A stretch of 64,000 nt of DNA, taken from positions 114,740-178,739 of the forward strand of contig CAJTLN010000002.1 of assembly GCA_910577505.1 (NCBI GenBank), in the 5' to 3' direction. Below, one piece after another: positions 17,974 through 27,131 of this stretch; positions within the stretch are counted from its first letter, which is position 1; each line of letters starts with the position of its first letter. The notes below the pieces were generated by a model that was not told the origin of the DNA, did not search any database, and worked only from the letters and a program-made list of their open reading frames with translations. Source of the DNA: an uncultured Bacilli bacterium (lineage in GTDB: Bacteria; Bacillota_I; Bacilli_A; RF39; UBA660). A program made the translations under genes and the position numbers.

Positions 17974-18061
17974 CGAAATTGCTTCAAGGAAGAAAATCCG
18001 CTGGAAATGTTTATTCTATGATTTTTGGGTAAGTAATATAGATATGAAAGGATGTATAAAA

Positions 18062-18403
18062 ATGGCTAATTTAGTAGACAAAATTAATGAGAAGCATGTA
18101 AGAAAAGACATTCCTGAATTCCGTGTTGGAGATACTGTAAGAGTAGACGTATGGGTAAAAGAAGGTAAGAAAGAAAGAATCCAAGCTTTTGAAGGACTTG
18201 TAGTTGCTAAAAAAGGTGGATCTGTTTCAGAAACTTTCTCAGTACGTAAAAAATCTTATGGTGTTGGAGTTACAAGAGTATTCCCAGTTAACTCACCAGC
18301 TATTGATAAAATAGTTGTTACTAAGAAGGGTATGGTTAGAAGAGCTAAACTTAACTTCTTAAAAGGAATGAGAAAAGAATACAAAGTAAAAGAAAGAAAT
18401 TAA
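18062..18403 (+). CDS. rplS: 50S ribosomal protein L19
   Basis: MANLVDKINEK...FRVGDTVRVDVWVKEG.KERIQAFEGLVVAKKGG..SETFSVRK.SYGVGVTRVFPV.SP is collinear with B. subtilis RplS. RBS aaagga. Confidence 0.92.
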   Translation: MANLVDKINEKHVRKDIPEFRVGDTVRVDVWVKEGKKERIQAFEGLVVAKKGGSVSETFSVRKKSYGVGVTRVFPVNSPAIDKIVVTKKGMVRRAKLNFLKGMRKEYKVKERN

Positions 18404-18421
18404 TTCTTTCTTTTTTGTTTT
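18391..18421. terminator. rho-independent terminator shared by convergent rplS and 18424..19008(-)
   Basis: agaaagaa-attaa-ttctttct hairpin followed by tttttgttttt. Confidence 0.6.
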
Positions 18422-18423
18422 TA

Positions 18424-19008
18424 TTAATCTTTTATTTCATTAACTTCTTGATATTCAATGTTTTGAGAAGCTAAATAATTTAAATATTCATTTAATTTAG
18501 AACCATATGTAACAGGTAATTTTATTTCTAAGTTATTATTTTTTATAGTATCTTTATTTAATTGATTAATGTAAAAAGTATTTTTTATAAAAAGGTTTTT
18601 ATCATTTAATTTGCATTTTAATTTATATTTACTTTCAATATTATCATAAGCATTACAATAATTAATAATAATATCTTTGTTATCATTTGAAATGTCATTA
18701 TAATAAATATTTATTATTTCTGTTAAAGTATTAATAATGTTGTCGGTAGATGATAGATATACAATATATGTACTTTTTTCATAGTTAATATAATCATTTA
18801 AAGGAATATTATACGCAAGAATATCATATGAATTTTTAGAATATTGAATAATTTTATTTTTAGAATAATTAATAATTTGATTACTAGAACTTATTTCAGG
18901 TTTTTCTTTTAATAAATTTTGAGCAAGAAAAATGATTACTATAATGGATATGATTATAGTTACAAGAATAATTATTTCTATAATTCTTGATTTGTTTATT
19001 TTTTTCAT
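18424..19008 (-). CDS. hypothetical N-terminally membrane-anchored protein (Asn/Ile-rich)
   Basis: Reverse ORF with RBS aaggagt. One TM helix (IIEIIILVTIIISIIVIIFL). Confidence 0.5.
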   Translation of the reverse strand: MKKINKSRIIEIIILVTIIISIIVIIFLAQNLLKEKPEISSSNQIINYSKNKIIQYSKNSYDILAYNIPLNDYINYEKSTYIVYLSSTDNIINTLTEIINIYYNDISNDNKDIIINYCNAYDNIESKYKLKCKLNDKNLFIKNTFYINQLNKDTIKNNNLEIKLPVTYGSKLNEYLNYLASQNIEYQEVNEIKD

Positions 19009-19157
19009 ATTAGTTACTCCTTAATATCTAAATTATAACATAATGTTTAAATAAAGTTTACTATGTTGTAATTTGATATTAACGTATAATTAAGTAAATT
19101 TTAAGATTTAGCTTTTATCAAAAGGATAAAAATGATAAAATGATGATGGTGGATATT

Positions 19158-19649
19158 ATGAATAAAAAAATAAAAAATATAATAAAAGAACTTATACCTT
19201 ATGTAGTTATATTACTTGTAGTAGTATTAATTAGAACATATCTAGTAACACCTATAATGGTTAATGGACCTAGTATGCAACCAACTCTTTCTGGTGGAGA
19301 AATAATGATATTAAATAAAAGGGGTAAAATTGATAGATTTGATGTAGTTGTAGTTGATATAAAGTCTGAGGACATAATTAAAAGAGTTATAGCTATGCCT
19401 GGAGAGACTATTTCATGTGAAAATGGTATTGTCTATGTAAATGATAGAAGACAGGATGAAGAATATAGTAAGGGTATTACAACTGATTTTGATAAAGTAA
19501 CTTTAGGTGAAGATGAATATTTTGTTTTGGGAGATAATAGAGAAAATTCTTTAGATAGTAGACGATTTGGGGCATTTAAAGAAGAACAAATAAAAGGAAC
19601 TGCAAAACTTGTATTGTTTCCGTTTAATAAGTTTGGAAATATAGAATAA
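19158..19649 (+). CDS. lepB: signal peptidase I (bacterial P-type, LepB/SipS-like)
   Basis: GPSMQPTL, RVIAMPGETI and GDNRENSLDSR are the SPase I boxes B, D and E. ATG 19158 is preferred (RBS ggtgga). Confidence 0.85.
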   Translation: MNKKIKNIIKELIPYVVILLVVVLIRTYLVTPIMVNGPSMQPTLSGGEIMILNKRGKIDRFDVVVVDIKSEDIIKRVIAMPGETISCENGIVYVNDRRQDEEYSKGITTDFDKVTLGEDEYFVLGDNRENSLDSRRFGAFKEEQIKGTAKLVLFPFNKFGNIE

Positions 19650-19762
19650 TTATTAGCGAAGATATTAGGCAACAATATCTTTTTTTGTTTTTTATGAGCA
19701 AATTTTGATTATTTTTCTAGTTTGTGTTATTATTATTCCCATGTGAAAAAGGGTGGTTTTTT

Positions 19763-21085
19763 ATGAAAAGAAAAATATCTGTAAATGACTTAAAAGTCGG
19801 TTATGTATTAGAAGAAGATATTAAAACAGGCGATGGTAAAATTTTAATAAAAAAAGGTACTGTTTTAACAGAAAATCTAATTATAAGATTAAGACAATGG
19901 AATGCTAAAAATGATTGTGTATTGGTTGTTGATGATTGTAAGGAAGAGATTGAAAAAAAAGATTTACAAGAAAAAGTTACAACTTCTTTAGAAAATGTTT
20001 TATCAGCAAGTCAAGAAGAACTTTCTAAAGCTGTTTTAGATTTAGATAGTTATGTTTCACATGTTTATGATGATTTAAAAACTATTGAAGATTTGCCGGA
20101 AGATATAATAAAAATTCAGTTTGCAAATACTCGTGGAGGACATTATTTTCGTTTGATGGCAATGTCTTGTGCACTTGCTAGTTTGTATAATAAAGAAATG
20201 GCTAATGGTCAAGAAATATCATTACATTCAATAGCACTTGCAGCTGTATTGCACGATTACGGAAAAAGATTTAGAAATGATCCAACTGGTTTAGGAAATT
20301 TGAAGATTGCTAAAAATGATACTGAGACTGCTGAAATGTTAAGTACACCTTATAGAGATGAACATCAATCTGTATTTTATCATTTGAAGGTAAAAGATAT
20401 GATTAATGGCCCTTATATTGATAGATATCATTCTGCTTATGCATATGTGGCTTTAAAAGATGTTGTACCAGAAGATGTTAGAGCAACTATATTATATTCT
20501 AATAGTACTAAAGAATCTTTTCAAAGAAAGCCAAAATATAATACTGTAATTAAAGCAGCAAATATTATAGCAATAAGTGATGCTTACGATACTTTATTAG
20601 AATATGTTGTTAGAGAAGTTATGAGTACTCCTTTTGAAAACGTTATTTCTTATATGGATCAGCTTGTGCATAATGGTTCTTTAGATAGTGAATTATATAG
20701 TTTATTTTTAAAACATATTCCAATATATCCAACAGGTTCTAAAGTATTATTATCTAATGATCAATATGCTGTCGTTGTTAGAAGATCTTCATCATTTCCA
20801 ACTAAACCATTAGTACTTACTTTGCCTCCAGCAGCGCCTGTATTAATAGATTTAAGTGAAACAACTAACATAACAATAAGAAGAGTTGTTAAAACTGATG
20901 AACATGCTTCAGATAAAGTAGATTCTATTCAAAGAGAGCAATTAGAAGGATTTATGACTAATCAAGTTAATATTACTTCAGAAGATGATCCTAGTACTGT
21001 AGTATTAAGAAGGGAACCAAGAGAACAATCCGTAACTTTAGGTAAGAGATTTAAGGGATTTCTTTCTCCTGAAAATAAAAAGTAA
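19763..21085 (+). CDS. HD-domain phosphohydrolase-like protein (HD-GYP-related N-terminal region, HD motif LHDYGK; no intact GYP motif seen)
   Basis: HSIALAAVLHDYGKRF is HD-like. The N-terminal MKRKISVNDLKVGYVLEEDIK...G.VLTENLI resembles the DUF3391-type N-domain seen before HD-GYP domains. RBS aagggtgg. Confidence 0.45.
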   Translation: MKRKISVNDLKVGYVLEEDIKTGDGKILIKKGTVLTENLIIRLRQWNAKNDCVLVVDDCKEEIEKKDLQEKVTTSLENVLSASQEELSKAVLDLDSYVSHVYDDLKTIEDLPEDIIKIQFANTRGGHYFRLMAMSCALASLYNKEMANGQEISLHSIALAAVLHDYGKRFRNDPTGLGNLKIAKNDTETAEMLSTPYRDEHQSVFYHLKVKDMINGPYIDRYHSAYAYVALKDVVPEDVRATILYSNSTKESFQRKPKYNTVIKAANIIAISDAYDTLLEYVVREVMSTPFENVISYMDQLVHNGSLDSELYSLFLKHIPIYPTGSKVLLSNDQYAVVVRRSSSFPTKPLVLTLPPAAPVLIDLSETTNITIRRVVKTDEHASDKVDSIQREQLEGFMTNQVNITSEDDPSTVVLRREPREQSVTLGKRFKGFLSPENKK

Positions 21086-21185
21086 GCGTAAAGATTGCAC
21101 ATATTTATGTGTAATTTTTTTATTGCCTTAAAAGTATGACTGTATTTATGATATACTATTAGAGAAATCGATTAGGAGAATTAAT

Positions 21186-21845
21186 ATGACAAGATATGTA
21201 AAAAAAGAAGAAATAAATGATTCAATTATAAAGGAGATATCATTAGCATTGAAAGATGGAAAATTAGTAGTTTTTCCGACAGATACAGTTTATGGTATAG
21301 GAACTAATGCATATAATGGAGATGCTTGTGAAAGAATTTATGAAGTAAAGGGTAGACCACCTTATAAACCATTAGTTTTATTGATTTCTGATATTTCTAT
21401 GTTAGAGGAACTGGTTGATTGTATAGGTTTGGTAGAACAAAAATTAATTGATTCTTTTTGGCCTGGAGCATTAACGATAAAAATGAAAAAGAAAAAGGGT
21501 GTTCTTCCTGATGTTATTTCAGCTGGAGATGAGTATCTTAGAGCGAGATTAGTGTCGAAAGGGGTAGTTTATGAATTAATAAAAAAGGCTGGTGTTCCAG
21601 TTGTAGCTCCTAGTGCAAATTTATCTGGTAGTTTAACAGGGACTAAAATGGATAATATAATGAAAGAATTGGATGGAAAAGTAGATTATATTTTAGATTA
21701 TGGAGATATAGAAAGTGATGCTACTTCAACAATTGTCGAAGTTATAGATGGAAAAGTTGTTATTATTAGAGAAGGAAAAATAACAAAGGAAGAATTAGCA
21801 AAAGTTGTTCCATTGCAAATAGAAAATAGTAATGATGAATTTTAA
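21186..21845 (+). CDS. tsaC: L-threonylcarbamoyladenylate synthase, YrdC/TsaC (Sua5) family
   Basis: VVFPTDTVYGIGTNA...YEVKGRP..KPLVLLISD...PSANLSG is the YrdC domain signature. Confidence 0.8.
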   Translation: MTRYVKKEEINDSIIKEISLALKDGKLVVFPTDTVYGIGTNAYNGDACERIYEVKGRPPYKPLVLLISDISMLEELVDCIGLVEQKLIDSFWPGALTIKMKKKKGVLPDVISAGDEYLRARLVSKGVVYELIKKAGVPVVAPSANLSGSLTGTKMDNIMKELDGKVDYILDYGDIESDATSTIVEVIDGKVVIIREGKITKEELAKVVPLQIENSNDEF

Positions 21846-22254
21846 TCAAAAAATGATTCTTAATGGCAAGAATATTGAAATTAGTAAAATAGAATTAAAT
21901 GAATGTGATTTATTAGTTATTGATAAATCACAAAAATATTGTTTTAAGGTATGTGTAAAGTATAATTGGAAAGATATTGATAATATAAAAATAGGTGAAA
22001 ATAAGAGTATTGATTTTAATGAGTATTGTTTATCTGAAAACAATGAATCTGCTTTGATTTGGCCGTCAAATAGATATGTGGAAAAAATAAGTGATGATTT
22101 AATATATTTTTATTTTGAATTTAAAGATATTCATAATACAGTATGTTATATGAATAAAAGAGAATGTTTTGATATAGATTTGAATTCTCTTGAAGTTAAG
22201 GTTTCTATTGATTATAGAGATGCTAGTAATGTTGCTATTATATATGAATTTTAA
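21832..22254 (+). CDS. hypothetical protein
   Basis: ORF of 140 aa overlapping the tsaC stop. No motif. Confidence 0.35.
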   Translation: MMNFNQKMILNGKNIEISKIELNECDLLVIDKSQKYCFKVCVKYNWKDIDNIKIGENKSIDFNEYCLSENNESALIWPSNRYVEKISDDLIYFYFEFKDIHNTVCYMNKRECFDIDLNSLEVKVSIDYRDASNVAIIYEF

Positions 22255-22270
22255 AAAAGAGGTAGAAAAT

Positions 22271-22840
22271 ATGCTCATTGTAGAATTAGGAATAAAATTG
22301 AATAAAGATTTTGAATATTATGATAAAGTTTTAAGAAAAAATGGTTTGATAAATGATTTTATGGTAGTGACTCATGATTTATATTATACAAATAAAGATT
22401 TAGATGGTTTAACTGAAAGTGAAATGAAAAGGTCTTGTATAAGATTAAGAAGTTGTAATGGCGATAACTATAATATACAGAATAATTTAATTAATGATTT
22501 AAATATAAAAGAGGTTTTAAATAATAAATTAAATGATTTTGAAAAAAGATTAGAAACATTTGGGTATAAGAAAGTTTTTGATACTACTAAAAAAGATTTT
22601 CATTATCATAAGGCTGGTATGTGTAATAAAATTCAACTTCAACAGATTGAAAATATAGGTTTACTTGTGTATTATGATAATAAGGAATATTATGAATTTG
22701 ATTCAGATACACAAAGAAAAATGTTAATTCAAGAACTTAATTCTTATGGTTTTAATTTAAGCTATGAAGTATTAGGATTAGATAAACTAAGAACTCTTTA
22801 TTATAAAAAAGAGATGTATAGTAAGAACCAAAATGGATAG
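22271..22840 (+). CDS. hypothetical protein
   Basis: ATG 22271 preceded by RBS aagaggtag. The tracked ORF (22190) starts upstream in the same frame. Confidence 0.4.
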   Translation: MLIVELGIKLNKDFEYYDKVLRKNGLINDFMVVTHDLYYTNKDLDGLTESEMKRSCIRLRSCNGDNYNIQNNLINDLNIKEVLNNKLNDFEKRLETFGYKKVFDTTKKDFHYHKAGMCNKIQLQQIENIGLLVYYDNKEYYEFDSDTQRKMLIQELNSYGFNLSYEVLGLDKLRTLYYKKEMYSKNQNG

Positions 22841-22851
22841 GAAGTGTTAAG

Positions 22852-23727
22852 ATGGATAATAATAGACAAAATTCAACAAATATAAATTGGTATCCAGGAC
22901 ATATGGCTAAAACTAAAAGATTAATTAAAGAAAAATATAATTTAATTGATGTAGTATATGAAGTGATAGATGCTAGAATGCCAAAATCATCTAAGATAAA
23001 AGATATAGATGAATTATTGAAAGATAAGCCTAGGATACTAATAATGACTAAAAAAGATTTGTGTGATTTAGATGTAACTAAGAAATGGGTTAAATATTAT
23101 GAAGAATTAGGTTATTATGTTGTATTAGCTGATTTATCACAAAATAATTCTGTTAGTGAGATAGTTGATTTAACGCATAAGATAACTAAGGAAATTCAAG
23201 AAAAGCGTGAAAATAAAGGTTTAACTAAAAAAGAAATAAGAGCATTAGTAATAGGTATTCCTAATGTTGGTAAGAGTACTTTGATAAATAGATTAGCTGG
23301 TAGAAAGGTTGCTGTTATTGGTAATAATCCTGGAGTTACTAAGAATCTATCTTGGTTAAAAACGAATAGCAATATATTATTACTTGATAGTCCTGGTATT
23401 TTATGGCCAAAATTAGCAGATAAAGAAGGAGCGCATAACTTGGCTGCATTTAGTGCTATACCTAGAGATATATTACCAGTAGATAGTGTGGCTATTCATA
23501 TTTTAAATAAGCTAGATAAATATTATAGTGATATAATTAAGACAAGATATAATTTAGATTATATGGATAATGATGATTTAGAATATGTTTATGAAACAAT
23601 AGGTAGAAAGATAGGAGCAGTTGTATCTGGAGGAGAAATAGATTATGATAGAGTTAGTAATACTATTTTAGAAGATATAAAAAATGAAAGAGTAAAAGGA
23701 ATTACATTTGATAGGATTGATGATTAA
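22852..23727 (+). CDS. rbgA: ribosome biogenesis GTPase A (YlqF/RbgA)
   Basis: INWYPGHMAKTKR...DARMP.SS...MTKKDL...GIPNVGKSTLINRL...LLDSPGIL is the circularly permuted GTPase YlqF. Confidence 0.9.
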   Translation: MDNNRQNSTNINWYPGHMAKTKRLIKEKYNLIDVVYEVIDARMPKSSKIKDIDELLKDKPRILIMTKKDLCDLDVTKKWVKYYEELGYYVVLADLSQNNSVSEIVDLTHKITKEIQEKRENKGLTKKEIRALVIGIPNVGKSTLINRLAGRKVAVIGNNPGVTKNLSWLKTNSNILLLDSPGILWPKLADKEGAHNLAAFSAIPRDILPVDSVAIHILNKLDKYYSDIIKTRYNLDYMDNDDLEYVYETIGRKIGAVVSGGEIDYDRVSNTILEDIKNERVKGITFDRIDD

Positions 23728-24335
23728 TGGTATATGAAGAAGTAGTAAATTATTTAAATGAAAGATTGGATTTAAGAGAATTTTTGAGTCCATTACAAAT
23801 TGAAAAGTTTTATTTGATAATAGCTAAATATTTGACTAATAGGACTACTTTGGAGACTTTTAAAGCTAATTTTGAAGGGACATTAGATTTTTATTCATCT
23901 TTGGGGATTTCGTTAAAAGATACTTTAAATAGTATTATGAATTGGCCTTCAGTTATGCATGCTAATAAAGAAGAATTATTTAAAAAGTATTTATTGTTAG
24001 CTAAAGTTGTTGATGCTTCAACTGGGGAACCAGTTAGGGATGATATAATAATTAATCATCCTAAAGATTTAATGACTGGATTTGAATTAATGTATGCAAG
24101 AACAATGTTTTTTCTTAATCCAGAATTAGATATTGTAAGAAATAATAATATAACTAGAAGAAAACTTATAAAAACAACAAATGATGAGTTTGAACAAATT
24201 TATGGAATATCTAAAATTGATATTATATCTAGATATCCTGTTCCAGAAAATATTTTAGATATTTTATTGTCGTGGGATGAAAATGGCAAAGTAAGGGAAG
24301 TATATGAAAGCAAAAAAAGTGGAAGAAACTATTGA
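23727..24335 (+). CDS. hypothetical protein
   Basis: ORF of 202 aa between rbgA and rnhB. No motif. Confidence 0.4.
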   Translation: MVYEEVVNYLNERLDLREFLSPLQIEKFYLIIAKYLTNRTTLETFKANFEGTLDFYSSLGISLKDTLNSIMNWPSVMHANKEELFKKYLLLAKVVDASTGEPVRDDIIINHPKDLMTGFELMYARTMFFLNPELDIVRNNNITRRKLIKTTNDEFEQIYGISKIDIISRYPVPENILDILLSWDENGKVREVYESKKSGRNY

Positions 24336-24969
24336 TTTATTAAAATATGAAAAAGAACTTTATAAAGAGAATATTACATTAATTGGTGGTGTTGACGAGG
24401 TTGGAAGAGGACCTTTAGTTGGACCTGTCGTTGCTGCTTGTGTTATATTACCTAAAAATTATAGTTTAGATGGACTTACTGATAGTAAAAAATTATCAGA
24501 GAAGAAACGTGAACAATATTATGATATAATAATGAAAGATGCTATTAGTGTTGGAATAGGAATTGTAGATGCTAAAAAAATAGATGAAATAAATATTTTG
24601 GAAGCATCACGATTGGCTATGAAACTAGCTATAGAAGATTTAAAAGTAAAGCCAGAATATATACTTAGTGATGCAATGAAACTTACTAATATTGATATTT
24701 CTTATAGAGATATAATTCATGGTGACGCTTTGTCACTTAGTATTGCAGCAGGGAGTGTTATAGCTAAAGTTACTAGAGATAGGATGATGTATGAGCTTGA
24801 TAAGGAACATCCTGAGTATGGATTTGCTAAGCATAAAGGCTATCCAACAAAGGAACATTTAGAAATGATTGAAAAATATGGGATTTTGGAAAATTATAGG
24901 TTTACTTATAGACCTGTTCGTGATTTAATTAATAAGATGAAAGAATTTAATAATGAAAGTAGTGATTAA
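24304..24969 (+). CDS. rnhB: ribonuclease HII
   Basis: LIGGVDEVGRGPLVGPVVAACVIL...DSKKLS is the RNase HII active-site region. The rbgA-rnhB adjacency matches Bacillus. Confidence 0.9.
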   Translation: MKAKKVEETIDLLKYEKELYKENITLIGGVDEVGRGPLVGPVVAACVILPKNYSLDGLTDSKKLSEKKREQYYDIIMKDAISVGIGIVDAKKIDEINILEASRLAMKLAIEDLKVKPEYILSDAMKLTNIDISYRDIIHGDALSLSIAAGSVIAKVTRDRMMYELDKEHPEYGFAKHKGYPTKEHLEMIEKYGILENYRFTYRPVRDLINKMKEFNNESSD

Positions 24970-24972
24970 AAA

Positions 24973-27087
24973 GTGAGACTTTTCTATAATAACGTATTTA
25001 AAAATTATTTTCTTCTAATGATAACTTTATTTGTTGAAGAACTTATATTTAGATGGTGTGTAGGTTTTTCATTATTTGATTGGTCTGTGTTAAGAATATT
25101 TATTGGGATTAATGCATTAAGTTTATTTCTAAGTGCAATATTTTCATTGTGTGGAAGAGTTGTTAGTAATATTTTATCTTTACTAGCAGCAGTAATTTGT
25201 ACGGTATATGCTTTAGTTCAAGCAGGATTTTTAAATTATCTTGGTGTCTTTATGTCTTTTGGGACGACTTCTCAAGCAGGTGCAGTTAAAGATTATATAA
25301 TGGATTATATTGCATCATTTTCTTGGAAATTTTGGTTAATACTTATTCCATTAGCATTTTTATTAATATTCTATGTTTTCTTTGATCATAGAATAAAAGT
25401 TTTAGAGAGAAATGATACAATAGATTTTGCTGATAAATTTGATAGTGAAGAACGTAAAAAATTAAATGATCAAATTTTAGCTAAGAAAAAAAGAAGAAGA
25501 TTAGTTAATGCAAAAATAAATGCAATGGTTCTTGCGGTTGCTTTTGCTGGTGTTTATTACTATACTCTTGGGGCTGACTTTATGCAAAATGATTTACAAT
25601 TAAAGTCAACAAAAGAACTTTTTGATAATCCAGATATTCCTAATATTGCAATGGGACAATTTGGATATACAATGTATGCTTTTGCTGATTTAAAAGCTGT
25701 GTTGTTACCAACAGATTCTATAGAAGAAACTCCTTTTGATGATGGTTATGTAAAAAATGAGCAGGTAATTAGTGATTATACTAGATATATGGATGATACA
25801 ATTTGGGAACAAATAATTTCTGATGAGAGTAGAGCAAACTATAAAAAATTGAATAATTATTATATAAGTCAACCTATTACAGATAAAAATGATTTTACTG
25901 GTTTCTTTAAAGATAAAAATTTAATTGTAATAATGATGGAATCAACAAATAATATTTTAATAAATGAAGAGTTTTTTCCGAATTTTTATAAACTATATAA
26001 TGAAGGTTGGGCTTGGGATAATGCTTATAGTCCTAGAAATTCTTGTTCTACTGGAAATAATGAAATGAGTGGAATGACTAGTTTATTTACGATTAATAAT
26101 TCTTGTACAGCAAATAATTATAAAAGAAATATTTATCCTGGAGCTATATTTAATTTATTTAATAAATCAGGATATACTACTACTAGTTTCCATAATTATA
26201 CTGATCAATATTATGCTAGAACTATATATCATCCTAATATGGGAAGTGGACATTTTTATGGTGTTCAAGAATTAGGAATTCCTTATAGCAATGTATATCA
26301 TGAGTGGCCTAGTGATGTTGAATTAGTTGAAAAAGTTCTTAATATTACAAAGGATCAAGATAAATTTATGACATGGATTACTTCTGTGTCTGCACATCAA
26401 CCATATACTCAAAGTAGTGAATTAGGAGATAAATATCTTGATTTATTTAAAGATACTAACTATAATATTTCACTTAAGAGGTATATGTCTAAATTAAAAG
26501 AATTTGATAATGCTATTGGAACGTTACTTGATGGACTAGAAGCTCAGGGAAAATTAGATGATACTGTAATTGTTTTATATGCTGATCATTATCCTTATGG
26601 CTTGAATACTAGTACTATTAATTCTTATTTTGATTATGATGTAACTAAGAGATATGAAGTTGATAGAACACCTTTTGTTATTTATAATACAAAGATGCAT
26701 GCACAGAAATATAAAGAATATACTTCATATGTAAATATTGTTCCAACTGTTGCTAATTTATTTGATTTAGATTATGATCCTAGATTATATGTTGGACAAG
26801 ATTTATTGTCAGAAAGTTATGAAAATAGGGTTGTTTTCTCTGATGGTTCATGGCAAGATGAAAAAGCATTCTATAGTGCATCAGGTGGTAGAATTATATA
26901 TTTTGAACCTAATACTACTTATACACCAGAGGAAATTAAAAATATTAATACTAATATCAAAAATAAAATATCTATGTCTAATTTAGCAATAAAGGTTAAT
27001 TACTTTAATTATTTAGAAGAAACAAAAGAAAAATATAAAGTAGAACAAATTCAATCTCAGAGTGGAGATGTATCAGTTTCTGAATAG
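24973..27087 (+). CDS. LtaS-family protein (5-TM anchor + extracytoplasmic sulfatase-type phosphoglycerol-transferase domain)
   Basis: Five N-terminal TM helices. After them, NLIVIMMESTNN is the sulfatase-domain Ser/Thr-metal site. Total 704 aa. The start codon is uncertain (GTG 24973 or ATG 25018). Confidence 0.6.
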   Translation: MRLFYNNVFKNYFLLMITLFVEELIFRWCVGFSLFDWSVLRIFIGINALSLFLSAIFSLCGRVVSNILSLLAAVICTVYALVQAGFLNYLGVFMSFGTTSQAGAVKDYIMDYIASFSWKFWLILIPLAFLLIFYVFFDHRIKVLERNDTIDFADKFDSEERKKLNDQILAKKKRRRLVNAKINAMVLAVAFAGVYYYTLGADFMQNDLQLKSTKELFDNPDIPNIAMGQFGYTMYAFADLKAVLLPTDSIEETPFDDGYVKNEQVISDYTRYMDDTIWEQIISDESRANYKKLNNYYISQPITDKNDFTGFFKDKNLIVIMMESTNNILINEEFFPNFYKLYNEGWAWDNAYSPRNSCSTGNNEMSGMTSLFTINNSCTANNYKRNIYPGAIFNLFNKSGYTTTSFHNYTDQYYARTIYHPNMGSGHFYGVQELGIPYSNVYHEWPSDVELVEKVLNITKDQDKFMTWITSVSAHQPYTQSSELGDKYLDLFKDTNYNISLKRYMSKLKEFDNAIGTLLDGLEAQGKLDDTVIVLYADHYPYGLNTSTINSYFDYDVTKRYEVDRTPFVIYNTKMHAQKYKEYTSYVNIVPTVANLFDLDYDPRLYVGQDLLSESYENRVVFSDGSWQDEKAFYSASGGRIIYFEPNTTYTPEEIKNINTNIKNKISMSNLAIKVNYFNYLEETKEKYKVEQIQSQSGDVSVSE

Positions 27088-27131
27088 TTATTGTAACAAC
27101 TTAGAAGTACATTTAGAAAGGAAAATACAAT

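Noticed and set aside
19433-19675. 80-aa minus-strand ORF overlapping lepB
   Set aside because: Antisense to a confidently assigned signal peptidase I gene. No RBS.
21846-22043. 65-aa minus-strand ORF
   Set aside because: Fully inside + strand ORF 21832..22254, with low-complexity antisense composition.
26774-26986. 70-aa alternative-frame ORF inside the LtaS-like gene
   Set aside because: Same strand but different frame from a 704-aa gene with clear domain signatures. No RBS.
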